Of a DNA stretch of 64,000 nt, positions 1 through 17,464 are shown in pieces (the stretch's first letter is position 1; every line of letters starts with the position of its first letter). This DNA is from Rhizophagus irregularis (taxonomy: Eukaryota), in contig NC_089430.1 in assembly GCF_026210795.1 (NCBI RefSeq), forward strand, positions 2,914,001 to 2,978,000, read 5' to 3'. Made by a program: the position numbers and the translations under genes. The notes beneath the pieces were generated by a model, which worked only from the letters and a program-made list of their open reading frames with translations, made no database searches and was not told the DNA's origin.

Positions 1-3000
1 TGTCGCGAGAAAAAACTTGACCAAATTTAGATTATAACAAAATAAAACAATTATTCCTGTATTATTTCCTGTCAAAAAAATTTTTACATATTTACCAAAT
101 TTATCAATATTGTTTTAAAAAAATTTGTCATAAAAAAAAAACAATTTTTTTTTAATCGTTTTTTACGATCTTTTACGATCTAAAAAAAAAAAATATTATG
201 ATAATTGCTTTTTTGTGTTATCTTTTTTATTTTTAATTGATTAAACCAATCAGAATGTATAATTGTAAAACAACACATGTCATTTTTATTTATCTGCAAA
301 ATAATGCAAGGAAAAAAAAGATCATTATTTAAAGAGAGAGGACAAAAAAAAATTTTTTTTTTCTTTCTTTTCGTTTCTTTCTTTTTGAATGAGAAAATGG
401 ATATAAATTTGTCACTCTTATCAATTTCCATATGTACATATAAAATTTGAATATAGTATGAAATTAATCTGATAATATAGATAAATTTGATCATAACGCG
501 TCTTTCATAAAAAAATTAAATTGTATGTTACGCAAAAAAAAAATGGCTGTTACACCGCGTGTGTTACCCTTTGATACCCTGGTATTGAAATCTGTTGTGT
601 AATTGCATTAATATGTAAAATGTTGTCACTTTAATCTAATTAGGTATATCAATTATTCTTAAAACAGAAAAGAGAAATAAAGTTGACCAAAGACTACAAT
701 TTGAATTAAAATTTCCCGGAGAATCATACAAAAAAAAAACAAATACCTTGCTCACGACATGTGATAGAATTAAAGTAAAATGGAAATGATTACGGTTAAT
801 TAGAAACGCACGCAGCGTAATTTTTATTCATAATGCTTTTGCTTGCTGAATTTCAAAGGGGGTTGAAAACGAAACGGAATTTAAAAAAATTTAAACCAAT
901 ATTTTCTTTCTTTTACGCCAAAATTTATTTGTGTTACATAACATGGGTTTAAATTGGAATTTTGGCTTAGTCCAGTCACATCATCGCGAAAAAAAACAAA
1001 AACTTGTTTGTTACTTGTTTTTCAATGTGTTTATAATATGTTGTTAATGTTTATTTGTGTATCATATCATACTACTTAAACAAATTATTGTATATTACAA
1101 GGGTAAACTTTGTTACTCTAACCTAATCAAGGATGCTCAACTTTTTTTAATAAGGGATCACAAATAACACTTTATCCTATCGTCATCTTTAACCTTAGCC
1201 TATTTCCATCCTCCATTGTTCTTACTCCGGTCCAGCTTCTTAATAGTAATGTTGTACGATTGCTACATACAGTCAAATTATTTATGTATAAATAGCAATC
1301 ACCTGTTATGTTAGATGATATAAATAAATCGTTCATTATATATTATTTTTTTTTTTCATGCATGCAAATTCTTTATTATTTTTTTTTTTTTTTTTTATAG
1401 ACATGCAAATCATTTTGAATTCTTCTTCTGATTTCTTCGCTTTTTTTTTCTCGTTCCACATTTTATTAATTTTAATAATCATTTCAATTCGTTCCTCTCG
1501 AGTTCATCAATTACTGAGTTTATTTTTGTATAATAAAATACTTGTATAATAATATTATTATTTATCCCATTATTAGATTATTATTTCATCCCTTCTTGCA
1601 TAAAATACAATAAATATATACATAAATATATACATTTTAAAATTATTCTTTATTATTATATATATATATATATACTAATTAATAATGAATAAACTATCCC
1701 GAACGTCTCGAACCTTTTGAATAAATATATATTTAACTATTCGAAACAAACAAAAGAAATTTATTTAAACCGGAATATTTCATAAGCACACCGTTTGTAT
1801 TTGTCCCTTTTGTCATCATTTACATGTATAAAAAAAACTATTTAAATAACACCATTAATATATAAAGAGCTTACAAAGAAAAAAAAATATTTTTTTTTAA
1901 AAAAAAATAAATTTCTTAAATTTCTCTTCCCTTTTAAATTATTTAATAAAATAAAAAATCCTTTCGTATAGTTAAGTTAGGTTTCTCACTTTTAAACTTC
2001 CTTGGCAAAAAGAAAACCCGGGAAAAGAACAAATTACGTGACCTCTATTTATTTATTAAATTATAACAATAATTAATACTAGAAGAAAAAAAAAAAAGAT
2101 TCACAACGCGTGAATCGATACACAAATTTTTTTGTCATCAAGTAATTATATTACATTTATTTATTTTTTTTTTTTATTTTCATTCATTATAAATATTTAT
2201 TTCATTCTAATCCTTTAATCCCTTTATCATTTATATATTATTCATAGAAATCTTTGTGCATTATTTATTTGAATATCTTTTAGACTTATTTTATACCACA
2301 CATTAATCTATATAATCTGTCCCCGAAATACTTATTTGTTGTGGTTCGGTTTGGTTTCGTTATATTTTGTTCAAAATTTTAATTATCCGAACTATCAACA
2401 AAAAAAATTTCCCAAAATTATTTTCCCAAAAAAAAATTTTTTTTTCTTTTTTTTTTTTTATATTATATTACTTTAATCTTTTTAATCTAGATACTTTCAC
2501 AAACTTAATTAAAAAATCTTTATTTAACCTTAAAAAAAAATAAGATTTTATTCTTCTTTTTTCGTTTCACAAAATTAAATTATTTAAATACTCAACTTTC
2601 GTTTTTTTTTAAAAAAAAAAACTTTGTCCCTTAAAAAAAAAAATTATTATTATTTTAAAAGAAAAAAACATAACTTATTTTATTTATTTATTTATTTATT
2701 TTTTTTTTTAAAAAAAAAATTATTTTAACGTGAAAAATAATCATTAATAATTTCTCTATTCTTAAACGATAAGCAAAAAAAAAATTTATTTTATTTTATT
2801 TTATTTATTTATTTTTTTTTTCCTTATCATAAATCTTAAATCTTTTAACCGAAAAAAAAAAAAGAATTCTATTATTTTTAAGAAAAGAAATTTCTTTTTT
2901 CGATCAAGAAAAATTTCTGCAAGCACTTAATTTTTTTTTTTTTTCGAAAGGAAAGAAAAAAAAAATTTTTTTCCTGCACAAATTTAATTTTCCTTCAATC

Positions 3001-3541
3001 CCAAACACGTAAGTAAAATCACGTTATTTTTTTCTATTAATAGAGACAAATAAAATTGTTTCTTTTAAATTTTTTAATCAAATATCTTAATAATAATATT
3101 TATTTATTTATTTTTTATTATTTTATTTATCCGAACAAATTTTTATTTTATTTTTTTTTTAATTGTCTTAAAAAAGAAATCTTTATATTTTTAATAATTC
3201 CCATCCCCGCTGCATGACCTGTTACTATAAACATCAATACGGTTATCGTTATTCAGCCTTTTTTGTCACGATACTTGTCATAAAACCTGTATACTTATAA
3301 ATTTTATATATATTCCTCATCAGCCAGTCGTATTCAAAAAAAAAAAAAAAATTTATTAATCATTCCAACCTTTCAATTTGAAAGTTGGTTCATCATCATT
3401 ACCCAAACATCTTTTTATCATTAGATAATTTTTTTTTTTTCGTTTTGTTTCTCGTACAAAAAAGAGAAACAAAACAAAAAAAAAATAACCTTCCTTTTAA
3501 ATTTTTCATAAATCAAATATTCATTACTTGGAACGAAAAAA

Positions 3542-6642
<3,101 letters not shown>

Positions 6643-7979
6643 GAACTTAAGAAATTAAGATTCTCATCCCTACACGATTTTCATTCATTCATTCAAAAAA
6701 AAAAGACTTTTTTTATATTAGGATAAAAAAAGGGTAGCAATAGGAATAAGTGAAATTCATGCAGGTCTTTGTTTCGTTTAATTCATTTTTTGCTACCTTT
6801 TTTTTAAAAAAAAAATTGTTGCATATTATTTTGTAATTTGTTTGGGTCTCTGTGTTTACATATTATAGTTTGGGTTGGTCTTAATTATGGGTCACAAAAG
6901 TGTAGTTTCTTTTTTGTAAATTTCACACTAAAAAAAATTTTTTTTTTTTTTTAAAAAAAATTTTTTTACATTTTAGAAATGCTTTCATAGAAAAAATTCC
7001 ATTTCATTTTTTTTGTATAATAATTCTATTAATCACATTATTATTCCACACTCACAATTAAACATATTTTCTTTTGCACTAAAAAATTAAGTACTTTCGT
7101 TTTTTGTGAAATAAAATTCTTTGCGAAGAAAATGAAAGAAAAAAGAAAAAAGAAAGTATAATCTTTTTTTTTTCTTTGTAAATATATAGAAAAGAAAAAT
7201 ATTATAATAATAATTTCAATTCAACTTTTTTCACTATATTTTTTTTTCAACATTTTTATATTTATATTTATATATATATTATATATATAATTATTTATTT
7301 TTATGATTATTTTTATAACATATATTATTACTTTCATTTTTTTTTTTTAAGTATTTTTTTTATATATAATTTATGATATTGATATACAGTTATTAATTTA
7401 TACCTAAGTTATTTATATCATTTATATCCATAAGCTTTTTTTTTCTTTCTCCCTTTAGAAGGAAAAATTAGTATTATTATTTTAACCTCATTATACTACC
7501 CTTATTATATATATCATTATTCATTTATTATTTTATGATTTATCTTTTTTAGAAAAATTTTAAAGAAAATTTTATATATACAACTTTTTTTTTTTAGATT
7601 AGATAAAAAGAAATAATTCTGGAAATTTCGATCAAAAAAAAATAAAATTAATAAAAGATCGAATATATTTACAATATACAGTATATAATTTTTTTTTTTC
7701 CCAAAGAATTTATTATTTTATTTTATTTTACCTTTTTTTTTCAAACATTTTAAACATAAGAATTAAATATAACAAAATTATTAAATATAACAAATATCAA
7801 AATAATAAATAAAATATATATATATATAAGACATATATAAAAAATCTATATCAGTTTTAATTGACCGACAAAAAGTTATTATATTGTATAAGAGTTTATT
7901 TTACGCGGTTTATGGTTTATACAATTTGAGAATAGATAATTTGCGTATAGATAATTCGTATGGACTGATAATGGATATC

Positions 7980-8122
7980 GGTATCGGGACATTTCACCGA
8001 AAGCCATTTCGCCGAAAAATAATCTCTTGCCTGAGTTATTTATAATTCTGCATAATGTTGGCCCTATTTTTCGGCGAAACGTCCTTTCGGCGAAATGGCT
8101 TTCGGCGAAATGTACCGTAACC
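7980..8122. mobile_element. Short MITE with TIRs built from tandem tttcgccgaaa subrepeats (Mutator/Phantom-like)
   Basis: Left end ggtatcgggacatttcaccgaaagccatttcgccgaaa is nearly the reverse complement of right end tttcggcgaaatggctttcggcgaaatgtaccgtaacc; no clean TSD. Confidence 0.65.
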
Positions 8123-8379
8123 TGGATGGATATCAGATATGGATAATTATTTTACCTTAATTTGAAGTAGCTATTAAATTGTCATATAAAATATATAATC
8201 TTCTGTCGCACTGTGCTCATGATCACCTTCATACTAATTTTAAAAATTGCGAGTGATTAGCTGAGTTTATAAATGACCGGGAATCTTTGTTTACTTATTT
8301 CCCGGCCTCATATAGATATCCGGAAAATTGCTAATTTAAGTTTAAAATAATTGTTAATATTTAATGAGTGACAGGCTCC

Positions 8380-8487
8380 AGGGATTACCCATTTACTTCA
8401 TGGGAAGGGGAGAATTAAGGTTTTTTTTCCTTCGGGAAAAAACCCTATTATTCCCATTTCCCAACTCCTCATGAAATGAATAATACT
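8380..8487. repeat. Degenerate palindrome (probable MITE remnant) centred on a C(TTCG)G hairpin
   Basis: ggttttttttcc-ttcg-ggaaaaaacc core with imperfect inverted flanks. Confidence 0.45.
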
Positions 8488-9509
8488 TATTTTAGTAGTT
8501 TTTGTGGTGATAACAACGAATGTACAATATTAAATAATATTATTATGTTCATAGAAAATCAAAATCATATTGTAATTGATTTTCCGAATGTTATTACCGA
8601 AACAAATTTTGTGTGATTAGAAACTTAGAAATTAATAATTATTATTTCGGAATGAACTAAAATTTTTTTTTTAAAGAAAATCTCGGAAATCATTATTACT
8701 AATATTGTTTGTATGCATCTCGCGTTTCAAAAATTATTGTAATAATAAAAAGTTATATCTGAAACATCTGAAATAAAATAAATAAAATAAATCAAAAAAA
8801 TGTTTCAAAAATGTGATCGTCCTTGATGATAATGCGGAAAATGATTTAACCCCTTTGAATCATATGCTCGCCGATGTCATTAAATAGCTCAGTACCACTT
8901 CTTTTTTTCTTCCGAAGTAAATCATCGTTAACTGAGTCGGGAACTGTTTTCGAACTTCTTTATCGACCAATTCCTGAGCCGTTCGCTTAGAATTGCTTTT
9001 TATGGAATAGCTCAAGCGCAGAGCCGCAGGCAAATCACGTGTCGCACAATTCAAGATTATTTTATACGGGCTATTTCAAAACGGTACAAATTTTTTAATT
9101 GGAGATTCAGTCGGACTGGAATGACATGAGCTAGTAATTGACCTGCTGTTCAGCCATGGTAATTAGAAGAGCACTCTATATTATTTTTTATTATTATATA
9201 AAATATCATCAATTATAACAAAAATAAAAGAATATATTTCCCGTCTACTAATTGATCACTCGTGAAACTACATGTCGAGGAGTTTAATTCACTAGGAAAA
9301 TACCAATATTATGTAATACCAGGATATCATTTGAAATTCGTACCTCAAATTATTTACCAATTTACTTGGAATTTACATTATTGCAATTATAAGTATTAAG
9401 TATTTTTATACCAAATAAGCTATAAAAAGTAAATAAATAAATAAATAAATGTATATATATATTTTTTAATCATTAATCACGGGTGATGAATATATTAGTT
9501 ATTTCACAG

Positions 9510-10930
9510 GGAACTGTGGATATCATGGCGCTATTAACTGTACTTACATCACTTCATTTATGCTGACAATTTAGGTATCATTGAGTGACCCTCTAGTTAA
9601 AGAATTAAAGAATAGATTATTTAATTACCATGAATTGGACCTTATCAGTTATTAAATTGTTTGTTTTAGCTTGCAAGAAAACAGAGTTGAAAATTTTTTT
9701 TTTAAAGCAAATAATATGAATACTTTATCAACTTTCCAACTAGATCATCTTATATCAGCTTTTAAACAACAACAGATTGCCTTTCGGAGAAGTACAGCAA
9801 GTGATTTTAACAATTTATCAAAAATACAAAAAAATGTTTTCTTAGCACTTCAAGGAATTGACAATTTCATAGTAACAGGACCTTCCACTATGACATTTAA
9901 AGAGTCTCAGCAAGTCTATGCTGAAATACTGTTTATATCGCAGTATTTAGGCATAAGACGTGTCATGGAAACCAATATAATTGGATTTGCTGATCGATGC
10001 AAAAGCCTTAATCTTGAATTTATGTTGAAAGATTTCATAGATGCTGGTTTATTAGAATTCCTTTATTCGCAATTTTCTTCCACTTCCAGATGTTTATTAA
10101 GTAAATTAATTCGATGGAAAATTTGTAATTCCATGATTGGAAAAGAAGTAAATTTATGTAAAATCATAAATTCCATAAAAGAGTCAATTGGCAGTTTTTT
10201 ACCGTTAGAATGTCCTTTATGGCCAAAAGTGATCTGTATAATTTCTGATAATCAACAAAAATTATTAGATATTACAACTAGCCCAGGTGTATATTCTGAA
10301 TACAGCCGATTTTTTAATATACAGAGAATTATCAAAGCACCTCAAATATATGTTGATCGTGAATTTTCATATTTTCCATTTCGTAATAAACAAAATTTAA
10401 CTGATCAAGCTACGTTTCATCAATTTTCTGTATCTGCTAAAAAAATCAATTGTGTGGCTATTTCTTTAGAAAAATCATTAGTACAAACACAGAACTTCCA
10501 TTCTAAAGTAAATATAGATAATAGTAATTACATCAGCTACCACTATTTGAGAATAGCAGACTCAGTAGATTTCACAGATAATTTTCAAAATATAACAGAC
10601 CGGCAATCTATATTAATAATTGCTAAAATTAAACCTTGTAAATGATGTAAACATGTATATGATTTTAACTATGAAAAAATTAGTGATGAAACTAAACAAA
10701 TGACCGATTATTATATCATGTGCAATTGTGCAGAAAGTGAAGGTAATATTCACTTAGTAGCTCCACAAATTAAAAGCAAATTTCAGAAATATACAGATCT
10801 AATTATAGATCTTTTTGAAAATAGAGAATATTTAATCTTTATTGGAATTAATTTATTCACTAATTTATTTCATAGATTAAGAGATTAGATATGGGAACAG
10901 GTAGAGAAAAGCAATAATTACTGCAGTTAA
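9510..10930 (+). pseudogene. Decayed gene with a permuted deaminase-like Zn motif (PCxxC ... CNCAE)
   Basis: ORF 9671-10645 continues in frame through TGA 10643-10645 into ORF 10700-10888 and through TAG 10886-10888 to TAA 10928-10930: KPCK*CKHVY...IMCNCAESE. A candidate upstream exon 9510-9574 (AG/GT, phase-compatible with acceptor 9668-9669) also has one TGA. All these stops can arise by one C>T change. Confidence 0.6.
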
Positions 10931-12766
10931 CAAAGTTAACAAAAAAAATTGAATCTGATTTATTATATGATATTTTTAAAAATTAATATCATAATAATTA
11001 AAAATTTTATTGTGTAATACTCTTTCTCATAAAATATATAACAAATAATCATTAATATAATGACAAATAGTATATCAAGTATTTTTAATGTCAAAAATTG
11101 GATGATTATTTTATTCTATACTGGATCATCCTTATTACTTCAAATTATTTACATTTAGATGATCAGAATTATCATATAGATAGTCATTTTGATAAACAAA
11201 ATTTTTATAATAAACATTTTTTTTTTTTTAACATAGATTTTTTTATTATATTATTCAATTCTTATTTTTATCCTTTATTTTTTCATTTTTCTATATTTTT
11301 TTGTGTTTTATTTTACATTTTAGTTTTTATAGTTATGTATTTATTATTATTTTCATATTTGTAGATATAGTTTACATTAAATAGTTTAATGGTATATTGG
11401 TTTTGTGAAGGATATCAGTGTCTGATTCTAATTTTATGTGCTGTATGTCAGGACATCTGATATTAGATTACATGACGAATACTACATTTTACTATACAAC
11501 TGTAAATGGGCCTCCTATACGTTTTCTGAAGTTACTGTACTTAGTTTTCTTCCTTTACAGCTGGCCAATCTTAGCCTAAGTGTGCGTGCCTCAGATCCTA
11601 TGACTTGATTAGAGAGGATGACTGGACTACGATTTCTTTGGATACTTGTAGGAGGAGCGATCTGGTTGGAATATTTCTTTTTTCAAATTCTTAACATATC
11701 ATTTTTTTTTTTCTTTTCGTAATGTAGTGCGTCCTGCGAATGCCTTGTGAAGAAGAGGGGCATTTATGCTAAGAATGGCCATTTTTAAATGAACTATACC
11801 TTTTGAGCAAAAATTTTACCTAACAGTACATATGTAGGGTACTCTTTAGTATGACAAATAGTTTAGTAGTTAATAATATTAGATAGCTAGATTAGGTTAT
11901 TTCACAATATGTGTATTTTAATTTTATCACTTGATTATTTAATAAACTATCAAATGCATTACAGAAAAAAAAAAAAATTCTTATTTTTATGGTTATGGTA
12001 TAATTAGTATGTCATCTGATCATATCTAAAATTTAGAGTAAAATATTAGGTAGAATGACTTCTATTCAATTCTTAAAGGGTTGGATTAATTTACATTCAC
12101 TTGGTGTAGAAATTTTATTGTGTAATAAAAAAATGGTTTCTATTGTTAAAATAAAGATGTGGCGCAGTAATTTTATGTAAGATCAATTTTGTAGATTATT
12201 TCATAGATCTCTTGATTTTCTTGATTTATTTGATAAATCTGATAAATCTAATAAATTTGATATATTTGATTTATTTATTTTATTAATTTTATTTGTTATA
12301 TTTTATTTATTTGATATATTTATTTTATCTTATTTATTTATTTTAGTTATTTTATTTTATTTATTTATTATATTTGTTTTATTTATTTTATCAAATATTC
12401 TTAATTTTTATTTTATTATAAATAGTAATAGGATTTTACTAAGTAGAAGGAGTAGTCAGTTAGTGAGTTAAGAATTGTATTGTAGTTTTCGAGTTATATG
12501 AAAAGAGTATTATTTCCAGTAGTATAATTCAGGATAGTTAATTTCGCAACAAAGAGATTATCTATATTTTTTTTTATCGTATTTAATATTTTATATTATT
12601 TTAATAAAACCTATTTTCTTTAAAACTGAACATCCAACATTATTTTTACGTGATTATTTGTGATCAACTTAAGACTCTCCTATTAAGTTAAACTCCAGTT
12701 AACCTGTTAAAGCATTAAAGTTTTTCAGTCAGTTTTAATCATTGACAGGATAACACTATTTCAATA

Positions 12767-13740
12767 TGGGCCGTTGCAAAAAGATTGATACCTCAGATAT
12801 TGCATCGATAAAAAAAATTTTATTATGTAATTTTCTTTTTTTATTTAATAAATATTATCAGTATATATTGGGAAAGATTTGATATAAATATTACGTTAAA
12901 TCACGTGATCATCATCGAAACTACTATAAGCATCAAATTCATCATCGGTAAATTGTATGTTTTCGTCAGACTCAAAATATTCCTTAGTATTTTTAATTGC
13001 TCTCCTCCAAAGTCCTACAATAACTTTTGAAGAAATTTTTTCTTTAAATGCATTTAGTAGTATTTATTTAACAGATAAAAGGTTTGGATGTGGACTGAAC
13101 GTGCAACTTCACCCTTCACCAACGACCAAACAACTTCAATAGGTTGCAGTTCGCAATGGTAAGGAAGGGTAAAATTAACTTCCCCGTGTTAAATACTTGC
13201 TTCTGCAATTTTAACGCAAGCAAATGGGACCTTTTCTTTGTTCATTCGAACTAGCTCCAAAAGTTCTGGTTTTCTTAATTCATCAGAAAAAGCAATATCA
13301 TGTGCATGTAACCAATCAATAATTTCTTGCTTTTTTGTATTCGAAGTTGGAGAGTTTTATGTGGTGTAAAAGTATTGTCACCACGACTCTTCCAGTCTGA
13401 TACCACCCGCCCAACTGTACATTCCCCTATGCCCAACACCTCAGCAACATGCTTGCGTAGTGTGACCTTCTGATGATCCTCCTTTTTAGAGTTAGCCCCC
13501 GAAAAATAATTGTAAACCTTAATAACCATCAACTTTTTATTGTCGGTTAATGGTGCACCACTCCCTTTTGTAGAGGAAATATCCATGGTAAAGTAAAATA
13601 ATGTTAGTAAAAAATGTTTATTCGAAGTCATTTTAATATATATTTTTTTTTCAGCCCACCTTGTTTTGGTCGCACAGTATTTATCTTAGTGTAGATTATT
13701 TCCTTTTTGGGTGAGGTATCAATCTTTTTGCAACGGCCCA
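12767..13740 (-). mobile_element. Internally deleted Tc1/IS630-like DNA transposon
   Basis: Perfect ~29-bp TIRs (tgggccgttgcaaaaagattgatacctca), TA on both sides. N-terminal HTH (VAEVLGIGECTVGRVVSDW) abuts a C-terminal DDE remnant (LPYHCELQPIEVVW); the middle is missing. Confidence 0.9.
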
Positions 13741-15489
13741 TACTAAGAAATTATCAAATTGGTATCTGTTTTATATACTTAACTAATTGAAATTTATTAA
13801 CTACCATTGGTATACATATTGCTCAATATATTATTGTACAATATACTAATGATTATTAAAAAAATAAAAAATATTTTAAAAAAACTGAAATTAAAAGTAT
13901 TTGAAATCCAGTCATATGATCACATAACATAAATCACTAAAGCTGCCAAAAAAGCATTAATTAACCTATCAGAAATAGAAATAAATATTTAAACTTATTT
14001 ATTAAAATTAATCTAAGGTTTATATAATTTAATCTATTTTTATACTATAACTAATTTACTATTTCTACTTTTACCTTTACCTTTTTCATAAATAAAGTTA
14101 TCCATCCTTTTCTTTTTTCATCTTAACATTATAATACTCTTAAGTTCTATTAGAATGACTATTTTAGTACTAGATTTCTTTGGCTGTTTTTTTTATTTTA
14201 TTTTTATTGTCTTCTATTTTTTTTAACCATCTTTTGAAAAATATTTTCATTTTATTACTTTTTTTATTTCCAATTTGTAATGATGTTTAGTCTTTTTTCT
14301 TTTTTTGTTTTCAAAAATAATCAATTTTTATGACCGCCTATTCTGAAGGTTATCTAAAGCTGAATTCGATTATATGACTTGACATTTTATAAATAAGCCA
14401 TTTTTTTATGAACTAAGATTAATGTAAATATGAAAGTTATAAAATAAGTGTATTTTGTCTTGCTTTACAAATTTACTTAATGATAAAAAAGCTGATTTTT
14501 AACACTATTTTTGACTTTACATATGAATGAATAATTTTTGCTGATTATATTTAAAAATGAATGACGAAAATGAAAAAATTCAAATAAGTCAAAAACAGTG
14601 TTTAAAATCCTATATTATGCATTAAGTAAACTTGTACAACAAGAGGATCCCGCTTACTTATAAGATAGGTCACCTTCAGATCTAAGGTAAAAATCATATA
14701 TAAAATTTTTTGCAAATACTACTATAAAAGGAAATTTTATGTTACATTGTTATGATTTTTCCTTTTTAGCTAATTAACCAATAATTTAAGAAAAAGTAAG
14801 GTAAAAACTATTAGTAAAGGGCCAATTTTCTACTGAACCATAAGTAAGCGGGATCCTACAACGCTAAAATACACATACTATATTAGTATATATATATATA
14901 ACTTGAAAGTTTTATATATTGGCAAAAGTTTTATTTATAAAAAATAAATTTTTACAAGTCACTCGCATCTGCGAAAATCATATATAAAATTTTTGAAATA
15001 CTACTATAAATAAATTTTACGTTACATCATATGATTTTTCCTTTTTAGCTAATTAACCAATAGAATTTAAGAAAAAAGTAAGGTAAAAACTATTAGTAAA
15101 GGGCCAATTTTCTACGGTAACCTTTATTATAAGTAAGCGGGATCCTACAACAGGCTAAAATACACATACTATATTAGTATATATATATATAACTTGAAAG
15201 TTTTATATATTGGCAAAAAGTTTTATTTATAAAAAATAAATTTTTACAAGTCATGTGATTGAATCTAGCTTTAAATGACTTCCTGTAGAGCTTTGCACAA
15301 GTTGGATTAAATCAGATTATCTGGTTAATCTGAACCAAAATTTTTTCAGGTCAGGTCAGATCGGTTAAACCGTTCTGATCTGATCCAACCCATTTGATCT
15401 AAAAGTATTCACGCCACTTTGAATAATTTGGGTTACCTGAAATTTTATTATTAAATATTGTAAAAAAACAGTTTGTAACATTTTTTACT

Positions 15490-15990
15490 TTTTGTTTTTA
15501 TATATAAAACACCAAAACTATTTATTTCGGCATTTTTCCTTTTGATTTTACATGTAAAAATACCAAAACTGATAGTTTCAGAATTTTTTTTTGATTTTAC
15601 ATGTAAAACCACTGGAATCATTAGTTCTAGCATTTTTCTTTTTGATTTTGCATATAAAAATGCTGGAATCATTAGTTCTGGCATTTTTCTTTATAATTTT
15701 ACATGTAAAAACGTCAAAACTAATAGTTTCAGCATTTTTTTTGACTTTACATGTAAAAATGCCAAAACTAATAGTTTTGGCATTTTTTGATTTTACATGT
15801 AAAAACTCCAGAATCATTAATTCCAGCATTTTTCTTTTTTGATTTTACATGTAAAAATACCAAAACTGATAGTTTTAGCGTTTTTTTCAATTGTACATAT
15901 AAAAATGCTAGAATTATTAGTTCTGGTATTTTTCTTTTTGATTTTACATGTAAAAATGCCAGAATCATTATTAGTTTCAGCATTTTTTAA
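15490..15990. repeat. ~40-42 bp minisatellite (tttgattttacatgtaaaaatgccagaatcattagttctggcatt-like), ~12 units
   Basis: Repeated ttttacatgtaaaa core; accounts for the overlapping repetitive ORFs here. Confidence 0.9.
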
Positions 15991-16203
15991 TTTATTTGAC
16001 TTAAATATATGTCACATCAACAGGTTGGATCAGGTATCGACTAGCACTGACCTGACTCATGTCAGGTCATGAATAATATTGCTTGCCGAAACCTAGGGGT
16101 TTAGGCAAGATGGTGTTTACGTGCGAAATTCTGCTGAAACTATATTAAAGTTATATTAAAAAACTGGTGAAACTTTGGAGAAAGACGAAACTGCCAAAAC
16201 TTA

Positions 16204-17156
16204 GGCTGTTCCAATTTAATAGTTTGTTTAACATTCTAACTTTATATAAAAATTGAGGGGGAGAAAGGAGTCAAATTAAGTAAATATTTAAAAATAAACA
16301 TATAAATTAATAACCTTTAGTTTGGCAAAATAAATATATAGTAGTAAATTTTTCTTCAAGCTATCATCTGGCTCTAATAACTCATTTTTTTCCCCATGAT
16401 AAAAACAAATAATTTCTGTTTTTAAATGATAACATGAATAATATACAGCTTCAATTGGACTACTACAATAGATTTTTTGTCTAACATAAACACTGGTAAA
16501 AAAATGGTCTATCCTACACATATCCTACACATATCTTACATATATCGGGTACTCAAAATGTAGAAAATCATACACAAATAATACACATATCATACACATA
16601 TCGGGTACTTATATATATAGTATACCTATCAGTGCCTGATATATGTATGATATATATATTAAGTACCGATATGTGTATGATATGTGTATTATTTGTGTAT
16701 GATTTTCTACATTTTGAGTACCCAATATGTGTAAGATATGTGTAGGATAAATCATTTTTTTACCAGTGAAACTTTTTCATAAAGATTGTATTTCAGGAGC
16801 TATAGGAGATCCACAAATATAAATCACATTATTTAATAAAATTTTTAAATTAGTTTTTTCTTTATCACTCTGCAATTTTACTAAAAATACATCTTGGTTT
16901 ATTACAGATAGTGCAATTGATAAGTTTATGTATATTACTATTATTAATTATACCACTAGAAATAAGAAATTTTTTTTTATTTATTTTTATTATGAAGACA
17001 TAGATCTGGAAGATTCAAAGAAATTCTTTTAAATATTGACAGATCGGTGATATTGTTATAAATCACGTGATATAATATATGTTTGTTTATTTTTAAAAAA
17101 TTTTCAAAAATGAGGGGGGTGGGGTATGTTAAACAAACTATTAAATTGGAGTAGCC
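16204..17156 (-). mobile_element. TTA-flanked TIR element with a decayed coding remnant (superfamily uncertain)
   Basis: TIR ggctgttccaatttaatagtttgtttaacat / atgttaaacaaactattaaattggagtagcc, TTA on both sides; remnant CSSPIEAVYYS...IICFYHG. Confidence 0.65.
16491..16768. mobile_element. CACTG-terminal (CMC/EnSpm-like) palindromic MITE
   Basis: cactggtaaaaaaatg ... catttttttaccagtg; 3-bp TSD aaa; internal acacatatc repeats. Confidence 0.8.
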
Positions 17157-17464
17157 TTATTATAAATGCTGAAATTGCTAAAATTCTGCCGAAACTATAA
17201 TAAATCTATACAGTAGTAAAATTTTAACGAAACTAATCGTAAGATTTTGAAGAGGTTTAGACAATTAACCTTAGTCATGAATATGATGACCTAACCTGAA
17301 TATTTTGGGTCAACCTGTCAGATTACCTGATCTGTCAGTTCAGGTTGCAGAACTCTAACCCCCTGTTCTGGTAAAATGTATTATTTTAATAAAGCCAATA
17401 GATTTTATAATAGATCTTTATTTAATAAATTCTTTTTAAATTTTCATTTGTAGATAGTATAAAT

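Larger units (their letters stand above)
16074..17273. mobile_element. hAT-like non-autonomous element (nested)
   Basis: Perfect 8-bp TSD gtcatgaa (16066-16073 / 17274-17281); degenerate TIRs starting TA. Confidence 0.7.
15286..17357. mobile_element. hAT-like non-autonomous element
   Basis: Termini TAGAG...CTCTA; 8-bp TSD acttcctg/accccctg (2 transitions); acctga-type subterminal repeats. Confidence 0.7.
14346..17361. mobile_element. Non-autonomous MULE-like element hosting nested insertions
   Basis: Absent from the paralog (cctattctg|gtaaag at ~36851); 9-bp TSD cctattctg/cctgttctg; degenerate TIRs at 14346 and ~15245-15280. Confidence 0.75.

Noticed and set aside
8800..9165. GC-richer stretch as a further upstream exon of the deaminase-like gene
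   Set aside because: The plus frame examined has about six stops in ~110 codons and no recognisable motif, so it cannot be supported.
10643..10645. TGA within PCK*C as selenocysteine or recoding
   Set aside because: It falls at a spacer position, not a Cys position, and other C>T-type stops occur in the same frame, so CGA>TGA decay is simpler.
11380..11850. Possible retroelement tail or ncRNA
   Set aside because: No identifiable motif, terminal repeat or TSD by eye.
15451..16072. Cluster of short overlapping ORFs on both strands
   Set aside because: They are translations of a minisatellite inside a non-autonomous TE.
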